64,000 nucleotides of DNA, from positions 21,909-85,908 of the forward strand of contig JBCCVP010000004.1 in NCBI GenBank assembly GCA_039195135.1, in the 5' to 3' direction. This stretch comes from Pseudomonadota bacterium (GTDB taxonomy: Bacteria; Pseudomonadota; Gammaproteobacteria; Xanthomonadales; SZUA-38). The notes under the pieces are model-generated. The model was not told the DNA's origin. It worked only from the letters and a program-made list of their open reading frames with translations, and did no database searches. Position 1 is the first letter of the stretch, and the number at the start of each line of letters is the position of its first letter. Both the position numbers and the translations under genes were made by a program. Below, in pieces: positions 47,349 through 58,742 of this stretch.

Positions 47349-49615
47349 GAAAAAGCGGCCTTCACGTGTTCGGCAAACTCTGCCGGTCGCTGATAACCCA
47401 CCACTCGAAAGCCGGGGATCTCGTCGCCCGACGTATCAAAAAACAAAATTGCCGGCGGCCCGATGATATTGAAGCGGGACATCAGGGCCTGGTCGATATC
47501 GTCGTTGGCGGTTACGTCGGCCTTCAGGGCTCGTCCGCGGGCCAGCGCGTCCTGGACCTCCGCGACGGGGAAGGTGTACTTGTCCATGCGCTTGCAGTCT
47601 ACGCACCAGTCGGCGTAAAAATCGAGCATGACCGGCTGCCCCGCGGACGCGAGGATCCGGTCCAGGTCGGCCACGGATTTGATCGGCTCAAACGCCACCT
47701 TCTGCTCCGATTCGGGCTGCGCCACAAAGACGCCTTTGAGTGGCTGCATCCAATCCCGGCCACCGCCGGCGGCACCGATCAGCTGCATCAGGCCCACCGC
47801 CACCAGCAGCACCCCGAGCGCCTTCCACAGGCTCGGCCAGCCGGCCGTCTCGGTGCGCTCGAAGGCGCCGAGGTAAACGCCGCTGCCAATCGCAAGCGCG
47901 CCCCAGGCCAGCATGATCCAGGCTGGGGCCAGAATCCGTTCCAGCATCCAGATCGCCAGCCCCAGCAGGGCGACGCCAAACACCGCCTTTACCGCGTTCA
48001 TCCAGGCGCCGGCATGAGGCAGGATCCGCCCGGCCGACGTACCGATAATCAGCAGCGGCACCCCCATGCCGAGGGACAGGGCAAACAGCGCGAGGCCGCC
48101 GAGCAGGGCATCCCCGGTCTGACCGATGTAGATCAGGGCCGCGGCCAGCGGCGGGGCCACGCAGGGACCCACGATCAGCGCTGAGAGCACCCCCATAATG
48201 GCGGTGCCAATAAAGGTGCCGCCCTCCTGACGATCGCTCAGCCGGTTCAGCCGCTGCGTTAAGGCACTGGGCAGGTTGAGTTCGTAGAAGCCGAACATGG
48301 ACAGCGAAAGCAGCACGAACAGGCCGGCGAACAGGGCCAGCACCCAGGATTTCTGGAACCACGCCTGGAGATTTTCGCCGAACACGCCGGCGATCACGCC
48401 GGCGGCGGTGTAGGTCAGCGCCATGGCGAGCACGTAAATCAGGGAAAGCGTGAAAGCCCGGCGGGTGGTGATGCGGTCGCCCTGGCCGGCGATAATGCCC
48501 GACAGAATCGGCACCATGGGAAACACGCATGGGGTAAAGGCCAGCAGCAGCCCAAACCCGAAAAATGTGGCCAGCGTCAGCAGTCGACTGGTGCCGAGGG
48601 CCGTGGCGAGCCGATCCTGCTCCGAGACCCGCGCCCCCGCGCGGACCGGGGCTGCCGCTGCTGCCGCCGCCGCAACCTGTGTGACCGGGCCCGAGAAAGC
48701 TGGCAGATCGAGGGCTACGGACCTCGTAACCGGCGGGTAGCAGATGCCGGCTTCCTTGCAGCCTTGGTAGTCCGCTTCCAGCGTCAGCTCGCCGGCGGCG
48801 GAGGCTAGCCGGCGGAGCAGCACGGGCACCTCGACCTGTCCGTAGTACACGGTGGTGGCGCCAAAATGCTCGTCGGTCTTCGCCGCTCCCGGCGGCAGAT
48901 CAATACGGTCGATAACTGCTGCGCTGCCCTCCGGGACCCGCATCGCGATCTGATCGCGGTACAGGTAATAACCATCGGCGATGGTCCAGCGGGCCAGCAG
49001 CGCATCGCCGGCCACGGCGATCGTTTCAAAGCGGAACGCTTCGTCCACCGGCAGCGCGTCATCACCGCCGAGATTCAGGCCGGACGAGCTCCCCGCGAAC
49101 AGTCCGCCGCCGGCATCAGCGGAGGCCGCTCCCGGGAAACCGCTTGCGGCAAGGCCACCGGATTTGGCGGCCTCGATGGAGAGGATCTGGCGGTGAGGCG
49201 GGTAGCACACGCCAAGGTCTGCGCAGCCCTGGGAGCGCACTTCGAGCTCGAACGCCTGGCCGGTGCCGGTCTGTAGCGGCAAAAAGACGTCGATCTGCCC
49301 CCGGTAGGTTTCCTGCAGGCCAAAAAATTCGTCGTCTTTTTCTTCGCCGCTGGGCAGCATCGGCTCCCCCAGCGTGACGCCCGGCGACTGGCTGATGAAG
49401 TTCAGGCGACTCCTATATAAGTAGTAGCCATCGGCAACGGTCCACTTGAGCGTAACGTCGTCAGCAGCGGAGCGGACAGCAGTGACCGCAAACGCCTCCT
49501 CCACGGGGAGCAGGTCCGCTTCTTCGATGGCGCCCGCCGGCAGCGCCGCGAGCAGCAACAGGGCCGTGGTGAGCAGTAGGCGCAGAGCGCCGAAAAGGGG
49601 TTGTGGCATCTTCAT
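47330..49615 (-). CDS. dsbD: Thiol:disulfide interchange protein DsbD with a duplicated N-terminal alpha domain
   Basis: 761 aa. Two DsbD-alpha-like modules each retain the Cys pair (QGCADLGVCYPP and QGCKEAGICYPP). The TM core carries FTPCVFPM and VGPCVAPP. The C-terminal thioredoxin domain has YADWCVDCK. Confidence 0.9.
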   Translation of the reverse strand: MKMPQPLFGALRLLLTTALLLLAALPAGAIEEADLLPVEEAFAVTAVRSAADDVTLKWTVADGYYLYRSRLNFISQSPGVTLGEPMLPSGEEKDDEFFGLQETYRGQIDVFLPLQTGTGQAFELEVRSQGCADLGVCYPPHRQILSIEAAKSGGLAASGFPGAASADAGGGLFAGSSSGLNLGGDDALPVDEAFRFETIAVAGDALLARWTIADGYYLYRDQIAMRVPEGSAAVIDRIDLPPGAAKTDEHFGATTVYYGQVEVPVLLRRLASAAGELTLEADYQGCKEAGICYPPVTRSVALDLPAFSGPVTQVAAAAAAAAPVRAGARVSEQDRLATALGTSRLLTLATFFGFGLLLAFTPCVFPMVPILSGIIAGQGDRITTRRAFTLSLIYVLAMALTYTAAGVIAGVFGENLQAWFQKSWVLALFAGLFVLLSLSMFGFYELNLPSALTQRLNRLSDRQEGGTFIGTAIMGVLSALIVGPCVAPPLAAALIYIGQTGDALLGGLALFALSLGMGVPLLIIGTSAGRILPHAGAWMNAVKAVFGVALLGLAIWMLERILAPAWIMLAWGALAIGSGVYLGAFERTETAGWPSLWKALGVLLVAVGLMQLIGAAGGGRDWMQPLKGVFVAQPESEQKVAFEPIKSVADLDRILASAGQPVMLDFYADWCVDCKRMDKYTFPVAEVQDALARGRALKADVTANDDIDQALMSRFNIIGPPAILFFDTSGDEIPGFRVVGYQRPAEFAEHVKAAFSCDSDC

Positions 49616-49632
49616 GATGGTGGAAGACCGTG

Positions 49633-49983
49633 TCAGGCCCGATCAGCTTGCATCGTTTGCTGATCTATCCATTGAAGATAGTCCGGCAGGCCGTTTGTCA
49701 GGTCAACGGAAATCAGCTCCGGCACGTCGTAGGGATGGTGCTGCGCCAGCCAGCCCGCCAGCTGCTCCCAGCAAAAAGTGGTGGTTTTGATCACCATCAA
49801 GGTCTCCTCAGCCTGCTCCAGTTGCCCTTCCCAGCGATAGATCGACCGCACGCCGGGCAGTAGGTTCACGCAGGCCGCCAGCCGCGCGTTGACCAGCCCT
49901 GCAGCTAGACGCTCCGCGTCCTCCGGTGGGCAGGTGCTCAACGCCAGGACGGCATCGGTTGGGGTTGTGTGCGTCTTGTTCAT
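49633..49983 (-). CDS. cutA: Divalent-cation tolerance protein CutA
   Basis: 116 aa with LAACVNLLPGVRSIYRWEGQLEQAEETLMVIKT. Lies upstream of dsbD, as in E. coli. Confidence 0.9.
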   Translation of the reverse strand: MNKTHTTPTDAVLALSTCPPEDAERLAAGLVNARLAACVNLLPGVRSIYRWEGQLEQAEETLMVIKTTTFCWEQLAGWLAQHHPYDVPELISVDLTNGLPDYLQWIDQQTMQADRA

Positions 49984-50102
49984 TGGCCGGCGATAGTACC
50001 GCTGTCCTGCGCCTGTGGCGATCAGGGGGTGGCTGCGGGGTCGTCTAAATTACTGATTTTACTGGCATCAGGTCGGTAGACGAGAATTTTTCGTGAAATC
50101 CC

Positions 50103-50130
50103 CTTGAAAAGGGCCGGGACGGCTCCATTT
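50103..50130 (+). promoter_or_regulatory. Sigma32-type heat-shock promoter of groESL
   Basis: CTTGAAA (50103-50109), a 13-nt spacer, then CTCCATTT (50123-50130). The consensus is CTTGAAA-N13-14-CCCCATNT. Confidence 0.6.
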
Positions 50131-50155
50131 AGCACTCGCATATATCGAGTGCCAA
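50129..50155. promoter_or_regulatory. CIRCE operator (HrcA binding site)
   Basis: TTAGCACTC-gcatatatc-GAGTGCcAA has one mismatch to TTAGCACTC-N9-GAGTGCTAA. It lies 88 nt upstream of groES. Confidence 0.8.
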
Positions 50156-50242
50156 CGCCCCAGGGGATGCGGCGAAAGCCAACCAAGGGCACCAGGCCTC
50201 GCCCATTGTTGCTAGCTTCAACCTTTTGGAGGAAAACCATTC

Positions 50243-50533
50243 ATGAAAATCCGTCCGCTGCATGATCGCGTGATCGTCAGACGCATGGAAGAGGAGCGTA
50301 CCTCTCCCGGCGGTATCGTCATTCCGGACACGGCCACCGAGAAGCCCATCAAGGGTGAGGTACTGGCCGTGGGTAACGGCAAAATCCTGGAAAACGGCGA
50401 CGTTCGCTCGCTGGATCTTAAGGCCGGCGACAAGGTCCTGTTCGGCAAATATTCAGGTACCGAAGTCAAGGTCGACGGTGAAGAGCTGCTGGTGATGCGT
50501 GAAGACGACATCATGGCGGTCATCGAAGGCTGA
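50243..50533 (+). CDS. groES: Co-chaperonin GroES
   Basis: 96 aa beginning [31 protein letters not shown]. Confidence 0.97.
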   Translation: MKIRPLHDRVIVRRMEEERTSPGGIVIPDTATEKPIKGEVLAVGNGKILENGDVRSLDLKAGDKVLFGKYSGTEVKVDGEELLVMREDDIMAVIEG

Positions 50534-50565
50534 GCCAGAACTTAAGAGAATTTAAGAGGAATTAA

Positions 50566-52209
<1,644 letters not shown>

Positions 52210-52240
52210 ATCAGCCACCCGGCCTAGCTATACCAAAAAA

Positions 52241-52266
52241 GCCCCGGTTCGCCGGGGCTTTTTTTT
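52241..52266 (+). terminator. Intrinsic terminator after groEL (A-tract upstream, so potentially bidirectional)
   Basis: GCCCCGG-ttcg-CCGGGGC is followed by TTTTTTTT and preceded by AAAAAA. Confidence 0.85.
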
Positions 52267-52306
52267 GCGCAGTGGTGGCGGCTGGCCGCCGCAAACGGAG
52301 CGCGTC

Positions 52307-52750
52307 TTACCGCGCCTGATCCAGGTCGGGAAGGCCGGTGGTGAGCCACCAGCGTTCGCGGGTTTCGTCCCAGCGCCAGAGCTGGCGGTCCATCACCACC
52401 TTTTCCACCGCCGTGTGGCGGTTGCTCAGGTAAAGCTGCACCGCCTGACTGAACTGGCCGTCCGCCGTGAAGGTACCGGGCCCGCTGACCTGGTAGCCGC
52501 TCACCTTGAACTGCTCGAGCCGGTTGATCTGAAACTCCAGCTGCCGGTCCGTTGGTCTTGATTCGGGATCAAGGAACTGCGCGGCGGTGCGGGCGGCATC
52601 CCAGCGCAGGGTTTTTCGATAAAGATTCAGCGTGCTGTCCAATTCCCGCGATCGCTGGTCAGAAGCACAGCCGGCAAGCAGCGCCAGCAGCAGTGGGGCC
52701 AGCAGGATCGGACGAAGCGGTAGAGGTTGCTGCAGCGAAAACGGATTCAC
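52307..52750 (-). CDS. Lipoprotein of unknown function
   Basis: 147 aa with a GTG start overlapping the upstream stop (GTGA). Lipobox is LLALLAGC. I recognise no family. Confidence 0.6.
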   Translation of the reverse strand: MNPFSLQQPLPLRPILLAPLLLALLAGCASDQRSRELDSTLNLYRKTLRWDAARTAAQFLDPESRPTDRQLEFQINRLEQFKVSGYQVSGPGTFTADGQFSQAVQLYLSNRHTAVEKVVMDRQLWRWDETRERWWLTTGLPDLDQAR

Positions 52751-53232
52751 GTGGGAGTCTCCAATCGGGCGACAAACCGCCCGTTAAGAATGACGTTGGG
52801 AGCATCGGCTTCGCCGACAAATGCCGACAGTTCGAGCCTGGCGACCGATTTTAGCCTGAGCTTGTCGAGAAATAACTCAAGCTCGCCGGCGCCGGGGCCC
52901 GTGCAATGGGCCGTCAGGGGATCCAGGGTGGGTTTGCGAAAGCTCAGCTCGCCGTCCTGGATCACGATATCTGCTTCCACGCCCGTCCGGCGCAGCGTGT
53001 TGAACAGCCAGCCCCAGCCCGCCATAAAGAGCAGACTTGCGAGGCAGCCGCCAAAGCCTGTGTGTTTATCATTGCGATTGGCCTCAAGCGGCGCCGATAG
53101 CGAAACACACACCGGCGCCACCCGGTCGACGCGCACCTGCATCGCGCGGGATATCGGCAGTTCCCGGTAAAGGTAGTCGGCAAAAAACTGTTCCTCCCGT
53201 CGCGTTTTGTCCAACTGGGCATACCCTGCCAT
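52747..53232 (-). CDS. YiiD C-terminal-type hotdog-fold thioesterase-like protein
   Basis: Starts at MAGYAQLD (53232), although the ORF is open to 53307. The motif KHTGFGGCLASLLFMAGWGW resembles the yiiD_Cterm putative thioesterase family. Confidence 0.6.
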   Translation of the reverse strand: MAGYAQLDKTRREEQFFADYLYRELPISRAMQVRVDRVAPVCVSLSAPLEANRNDKHTGFGGCLASLLFMAGWGWLFNTLRRTGVEADIVIQDGELSFRKPTLDPLTAHCTGPGAGELELFLDKLRLKSVARLELSAFVGEADAPNVILNGRFVARLETPT

Positions 53233-53394
53233 GCCTGCGCCAGCGCTAATTGTAGGCCACGCAGCGCCGGCCACACCATGCGCCGGAAGCGCACGGCGGC
53301 GAAGCATGTTTCACCACAACTCCTTCAGCGCCTCGCCATCGCCGGGAGACCGGCCCGGGGGCAGGCTTGGGACTGGCCAAAAATCAGCCTGCTC

Positions 53395-53793
53395 ATGTGG
53401 AAAATGTTTCTCCTGCTGCCCGTGCTGGGCGGCGCCGACCGCGTTGAGGTTTATCGCTGGAACGCGGCGGACGGAACCGTGGTGTTCAGCGACCGGCCCC
53501 AGGGCCATACCGCCGAACCCGCCCCGGTGCCGCCCGTAAACCTGCTGGAGCCGGTGCCGCCCGCCGCATCCGCGGCAGGCGCCGCCCCGCCGCCGCTGCC
53601 TCGCCGGGCGACGGCCGATCGCCGCCCCGGCGGTCCGGCACCGCTTGCAACCTGCGAGAAACTGCGCCGGGAAGTTGAGGAGCTGTGGCGCCAGCGCCGC
53701 CACGGCTACCCGGCAGGGAAGGGGCCAAAGCTGCGCAGCAGAACCCGGGAGCGCCAGCAGGCCCTGCGGGACCGCTGTGGCGTATGGCGCTGA
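53395..53793 (+). CDS. DUF4124 domain protein
   Basis: The ATG at 53395 gives signal MWKMFLLLPVLGG, followed by the DUF4124 hallmark VYRWNAADGTVVFSDRP. A Pro/Ala linker and a basic C-terminus follow. Confidence 0.65.
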   Translation: MWKMFLLLPVLGGADRVEVYRWNAADGTVVFSDRPQGHTAEPAPVPPVNLLEPVPPAASAAGAAPPPLPRRATADRRPGGPAPLATCEKLRREVEELWRQRRHGYPAGKGPKLRSRTRERQQALRDRCGVWR

Positions 53794-53875
53794 CCAGGCG
53801 TCGGCGCAAAGCGAAGCGGGGCAGATAGAGTATCCTTGGCGCTCCGCCGATCACGATCCGCTCGAGGGGATCTGC

Positions 53876-55684
53876 ATGTTTCGATCAACCGCTGTGCCGC
53901 TGGCCGCCGCGTTACTGCTGTTTTCCGCCGGGCTGACCGAGCTTCGGGCCCAGATTCAGGACCAGGGGCAGGCCCCCGGTCAACAAGCCCCAACCTCCGC
54001 CCCCGAACGCTTTCGCGAGCTGTACGAAGCAGAGTGGGAGTTTCGCCTGCGGGAGTCTCCGCGCCTTGCGACCGCGGTAGGAGATCGGCGCTTTAATCAC
54101 CTGCTTGCGCGGCAGCGGCCCGAGGATATCGAGCGCCGCACCCGCTATTGGAAAGGGGTGCTCAGCGAGCTTGAGCAGATCGATCGCGATGCGCTGGCGG
54201 CGGACGACCAGACCAATTACGCCATCTTCTATCGCCAGATCAAATCGTTTATCGACAATGTCGAGAACCAGGGTTACCTGATCCCGTTTACCAGCGACTG
54301 GGGGTTTTACTCCGGTCTGGCCCGCCTCCCGGCGGAGGTGCCGCTGGTCACGCTGGAGGACTACAACAATTACCTCGACCGCCTCGCGATGGTCCCGCTG
54401 GTCATCGACGACAACATTGCACTGATGCGCCGGGGCATCGAGGTGGGCATGACCCAGCCCCGGGTCATTCTGGCGGGCCGGGACAAGGCGATCAGCACGC
54501 ACGTGGTGGACGAGGTCAGCGCCAGCGTTTTTTACGCGCCGCTGAAAAAAATGCCCGAGAGCATCGATGAGATCCGCCGCACTCAGCTTGAGGCCCGGGC
54601 CGGCGCGCTGATCGGCGAACAGGTCATACCGGCGTTCGCCCGCCTGCTTGAGTTTTTCAACGGCGAGTACACCGACGGTGCGCGGGAAACGCTGGGCGCC
54701 AGTGAGTTCCCGAACGGCGCGCGCTACTACGCTGATCAGATCAGTTACTACACCACGCTGGATCTGACGGCGGAACAGATCCACGACATTGGGCTTAAGG
54801 AAGTCGCACGCATTCGCAGCGAGATGGAGGCGATCATCACGCAGCTCGAATTTGAAGGTTCGTTTGCCGATTTTCTTCAGTTTCTGCGCACCGATCCCCA
54901 GTTCTACGCTGAGTCACCGCGAGAGCTGATGATGGTGGCCAGCTACTACGCCAAAAAAATGGACGGCGCCCTGCCGAGGTTTTTCAAAACCCTGCCGCGG
55001 CAGCCCTACGGCGTGGAGCCGGTGCCGGCGGACCTGGCGCCGTTCTTTACCGGCGGACGCTACGTCGGCGCCCCCATCAGCTCGACGCGACCAGGCCTGT
55101 ATTGGGTGAATACCTACAACCTGGCTAGCCGCACCCTCTACACCATTCCCGCACTGACGCTGCACGAGGCGGCCCCGGGACACCATCTGCAGGCGGCGCT
55201 GGCGAAGGAGCAGGGGGAGCAGCCGCCGTTTCGGCGCAGCGACTATATTTCGGCCTACGGCGAGGGCTGGGGCCTGTACGCTGAATTTCTGGGGATCGAG
55301 GCGGGCATCTACGAAACGCCGTATGACCACTTCGGCCGGCTGACCTACGAAATGTGGCGCGCCTGTCGGCTGGTGGTGGACACGGGAGTTCACAACCTGG
55401 GGTGGACGCGCCAGCAGGCCCTGGACTACCTCGCGGGCAACACGGCCCTGTCCACACACGAAGTGACCACCGAGATCGATCGCTACATCTCCTGGCCGGG
55501 CCAGGCCCTGGCCTACAAACTGGGAGAACTTCGAATTCGAGCGCTTCGGGACCGCGCCACGGAGGCGCTGGGCGCCGCGTTCGACCTGCGGGAATTTCAC
55601 GACGTGGTGCTGGCCCAGGGTTCGGTGCCGCTTCCAATCCTGGAGTCAGCCGTTGATCAATACATTAAGGAGGCAGCGGAATGA
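53876..55684 (+). CDS. DUF885 family protein (putative metallopeptidase-like)
   Basis: The ATG at 53876 gives signal MFRSTAVPLAAALLLFSAG. The conserved motif HEAAPGHHLQ and overall length (602 aa) fit DUF885. Confidence 0.85.
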   Translation: MFRSTAVPLAAALLLFSAGLTELRAQIQDQGQAPGQQAPTSAPERFRELYEAEWEFRLRESPRLATAVGDRRFNHLLARQRPEDIERRTRYWKGVLSELEQIDRDALAADDQTNYAIFYRQIKSFIDNVENQGYLIPFTSDWGFYSGLARLPAEVPLVTLEDYNNYLDRLAMVPLVIDDNIALMRRGIEVGMTQPRVILAGRDKAISTHVVDEVSASVFYAPLKKMPESIDEIRRTQLEARAGALIGEQVIPAFARLLEFFNGEYTDGARETLGASEFPNGARYYADQISYYTTLDLTAEQIHDIGLKEVARIRSEMEAIITQLEFEGSFADFLQFLRTDPQFYAESPRELMMVASYYAKKMDGALPRFFKTLPRQPYGVEPVPADLAPFFTGGRYVGAPISSTRPGLYWVNTYNLASRTLYTIPALTLHEAAPGHHLQAALAKEQGEQPPFRRSDYISAYGEGWGLYAEFLGIEAGIYETPYDHFGRLTYEMWRACRLVVDTGVHNLGWTRQQALDYLAGNTALSTHEVTTEIDRYISWPGQALAYKLGELRIRALRDRATEALGAAFDLREFHDVVLAQGSVPLPILESAVDQYIKEAAE

Positions 55685-55890
55685 AAACACCATTCATACT
55701 GGGCGCAGCGATGCTCGCCATGGGCGGCTGCACGGTCTATCAGACGGAAGGGCCGGCGGAGCAGAACAAAACCCGCGACCTGACGCCCATCTGCCATGAG
55801 GGCAAAACGCTGCGCGTGGAGGATGACGTGGTGCGGGACTACCTGAACCAGGGCGCCTCGCTTGGCCAATGCGCCAGTCCCGACGGCTGA
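55681..55890 (+). CDS. Small Cys-containing lipoprotein
   Basis: 69 aa with an ATGA overlap to the DUF885 stop. Lipobox-like sequence is AMLAMGGC, and third-codon-position GC is high. The motif ICHEGKTLRVEDDVVRDYLNQGASLGQC recurs in small secreted proteobacterial proteins (from recollection). Confidence 0.55.
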   Translation: MKTPFILGAAMLAMGGCTVYQTEGPAEQNKTRDLTPICHEGKTLRVEDDVVRDYLNQGASLGQCASPDG

Positions 55891-55937
55891 CGGAAACGGT
55901 GCGGCGGGCGGACCGGCCCGGATAAGGCAAAGGCCGC

Positions 55938-58661
55938 GTGGACTTTCCCCAATCCATCACTCAGCTGGACCTGGGTGACGCGGAGTTTGCCCGGCAGCTG
56001 GAAGCGATCACCGCTTTCAGCGATTTTGCCGGCGCGATGCTGCGGGTCCACGGCGACTGGCTGGCGGAGCAATGGTCGAGCGGTGCGCTGAGCGCGCCTA
56101 CCTGGTCGGCCGACCTTGAGTTTGTCGAAGCAGGGTTCGATTCCCTGGATGAGCAGCTGCGGTTTCTGCGGCGGGTTCGGGGCCGGGGCCTGCTGGCGCT
56201 GCTGTGGCGGGATTTTGCCGGCACTGACACCGTCGAGCAGACCCTGCAAGGGCTCTCGGATCTGGCCGATGCTCTGGTCAGCCGGGCCGTTGCAATGGCG
56301 CAGGCCCGGCTGATTGCGAGCCATGGACAGCCGCGGGACGCGGCCGGCCGGCCGCAGGGGCTGGTGGTCCTTGGCCTGGGAAAACTCGGCGGCCAGGAAC
56401 TCAATTTTTCCTCGGATATTGACCTGATCTTCGCCTACCCGGCGGAGGGCCAGACGGAGGGCCGCCGCCCCGTCAGCGTGCAGGATTTTTTTTCCCGGGT
56501 GGTGCGGCAGGTGGTGGATCTGCTGCATCGGGTCACCGCCGACGGGCGGGTCTATCGCGTGGATCTTCGGCTGCGACCCTTCGGCGAGGCCGGCCGCCAG
56601 GTGCTCAATTTTTCGGCCATGGAGCAGTACTACCAGCGCTCCGGCCGGGACTGGGAGCGTTATGCGTTGATCAAAGCGCGGCCGGTGGCGGGAGATCTCG
56701 CGGCGGGTCATGAGCTGCTGGAGCGGCTGCAGCCGTTTGTCTACCGGCGCTACCTGGACTACGGCGCCTACGAGGCGCTGCGCGAGATGAAAGCCCTCAT
56801 CGACGCCAAAGCCAAAGATGCCCAGCGCAACCTCAAACTCGGCCCCGGGGGTATCCGGGAGCTGGAGTTTATGGTCCAGGCCATGCAGTTGGTGCGCGGC
56901 GGGAGCGAACCCGCGCTGCGGTCCCCCCGGTTGCTGCCGACCCTGGCTCAGCTCCCCGGGCTCGGCCTGATGGAGGAGACGACGGCGGCGGGCCTGGCGG
57001 AAGCCTATCGGTTCTTGCGGCGGGTTGAAAATCGCCTGCAGCAGGCGGCTGATCAGCAGACCCACGAACTGCCGGAATCGTGTGAGAGGCTGGCAACGGC
57101 CTGCGGAAAGCCGGATGCATCCGCGTTCGAGGCGGAGCTGTCGCGCCACCGGGCGCTGGTCCAGAAGGAGTTTATTCGCCTGCTGGCCGGGCCGGAAACG
57201 GTACCGGTGGAGAATCCGAGCTGGCGTGCCTGGCAGGAAGTGCGGGCCGGTCAGGAACCGGCGGCGGCGCTCGACGGAGCGGGGCTCAAAAGCAGCGAAG
57301 ATCTGGCCGCCGCCCTGGCCCGCTTTCGCCAGAGCGGTGGTCTGCGCAGCGCGGGTGAGAAGGGCGTGCGGTTGATCGACCAGCTGCTTCCGCGGATTCT
57401 TGATCAGGTGGTGGAGCTGGAGCACCCGGGCCGGGCGCTTGCGGGAACGCTCGACATCCTGGCCGCCGTTGCCAGCCGCACGGCTTACCTCGCCCTGCTG
57501 TCAGAACGGCCGGCGGTGCTCAAGCGGGTGCTCTGGGCGGCCGGCGTGTCCCCCTGGCTCGTTGCGACGCTGAAAGCTCAGCCGGGCCTGATGGATGATC
57601 TGATCGCGCCGGAACCAAGCGAAGACGCCGCTGCGCTCGAGGATCTGCTCAAGCTGGCCACGCAGCGCGCCGGTGAGGACGCGGAGCAGCAGCTCATGGC
57701 GCTGGTGCAGGTGCAGCGGCGGGAGATGCTGGCGCTGGCGGTGGAGTTTCTAACCGGCACCCGGCCAGGCCGGGATACCGCCCGCCGCTTGTCCGCCCTT
57801 GCCCAGGGCATTGTGGTGGAGGTGCTGTCCCTGTGCCGCAGCGAACTGTCGCAAAAGTACGGACTCCCCCGCAGCGGCATGCTGGAGGTGCTTGCCTACG
57901 GCACCTTCGGCGGCCGGGAGATGCGCTTTGACTCCGATCTCGATCTTGTTTTCCTGAGCAGCGACGACGCGGACGATGACAGCACCGACGGGGCAAACGG
58001 CATCTCGACGCAGCGATTTTTCACCCGTCTGACGCAGCGCCTGGTGGGACGCCTTTCGGCGAACTCGGCGCTGGGTCGGCTCTATGAGGTGGATACGCGA
58101 CTGCGTCCCAACGGCAACTCGGGCTTTTTGCTGTCCTCGGCCACGGCATTTGCCCGCTACCAGTCGGAAAGTGCCTGGGTTTGGGAATGGCAGGCCCTGA
58201 CCCGGGCCCGGGCGCTGAAGGTGGATGCGGCGCTGGCGCGCCGTTTTGACCGGGTGCGGCTGGATACGATCCGCCGGCCGCGGGATCGGGCTGCGCTGGC
58301 GCAGGCCATTGCGCAGATGCGTGGACGCATGCAGCGCGAGACTCCCGGGGCCTCCCGGCAGCTAAAGTTTGCGCCGGGAGCGCGGCTGGACGTTGAGTTT
58401 CTGACTCAGTATCTGGTGCTGGCGTTCGGGCAGCAGCATGCGGTGCTGGCGGAAGCTCGGGGTACCGCGGATACGCTGCGCGTTGCCGGTGAGGTGAGCC
58501 TGCTGAAAGCGACGGAGGTGGCGGGCCTGACGCAGGCTTACGATCGAGCGGTGGAGGCAGAGCTGCGGCAATCCCTTGGCTTGTCCGCGGCACCACCGGT
58601 GCCGGAAGACGCCGCGGCGGTGTCCACTATGTGGCAGCACTGGTTTGCGCCCTCGAGATAG
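55938..58661 (+). CDS. glnE: Bifunctional glutamine synthetase adenylyltransferase/adenylyl-removing enzyme
   Basis: 907 aa with a GTG start. Two nucleotidyltransferase modules are present (LGKLGGQELNFSSDIDLIF and YGTFGGREMRFDSDLDLVFL). Confidence 0.95.
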   Translation: MDFPQSITQLDLGDAEFARQLEAITAFSDFAGAMLRVHGDWLAEQWSSGALSAPTWSADLEFVEAGFDSLDEQLRFLRRVRGRGLLALLWRDFAGTDTVEQTLQGLSDLADALVSRAVAMAQARLIASHGQPRDAAGRPQGLVVLGLGKLGGQELNFSSDIDLIFAYPAEGQTEGRRPVSVQDFFSRVVRQVVDLLHRVTADGRVYRVDLRLRPFGEAGRQVLNFSAMEQYYQRSGRDWERYALIKARPVAGDLAAGHELLERLQPFVYRRYLDYGAYEALREMKALIDAKAKDAQRNLKLGPGGIRELEFMVQAMQLVRGGSEPALRSPRLLPTLAQLPGLGLMEETTAAGLAEAYRFLRRVENRLQQAADQQTHELPESCERLATACGKPDASAFEAELSRHRALVQKEFIRLLAGPETVPVENPSWRAWQEVRAGQEPAAALDGAGLKSSEDLAAALARFRQSGGLRSAGEKGVRLIDQLLPRILDQVVELEHPGRALAGTLDILAAVASRTAYLALLSERPAVLKRVLWAAGVSPWLVATLKAQPGLMDDLIAPEPSEDAAALEDLLKLATQRAGEDAEQQLMALVQVQRREMLALAVEFLTGTRPGRDTARRLSALAQGIVVEVLSLCRSELSQKYGLPRSGMLEVLAYGTFGGREMRFDSDLDLVFLSSDDADDDSTDGANGISTQRFFTRLTQRLVGRLSANSALGRLYEVDTRLRPNGNSGFLLSSATAFARYQSESAWVWEWQALTRARALKVDAALARRFDRVRLDTIRRPRDRAALAQAIAQMRGRMQRETPGASRQLKFAPGARLDVEFLTQYLVLAFGQQHAVLAEARGTADTLRVAGEVSLLKATEVAGLTQAYDRAVEAELRQSLGLSAAPPVPEDAAAVSTMWQHWFAPSR

Positions 58662-58713
58662 CGGTGAGACGGCGAGAGTAACGGCGGGACGGTTTGCGGA
58701 GCTTTTGGACGCC

Positions 58714-58742
58714 CCAATAAAGAAGGGGAGCCGAAGCTCCCC
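58714..58742 (-). terminator. Intrinsic terminator oriented for the minus strand
   Basis: On the minus strand, GGGGAGC-ttcg-GCTCCCC is followed by TTCTTTATT. On the plus strand the same hairpin is followed only by TTCAAAG. Confidence 0.6.
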
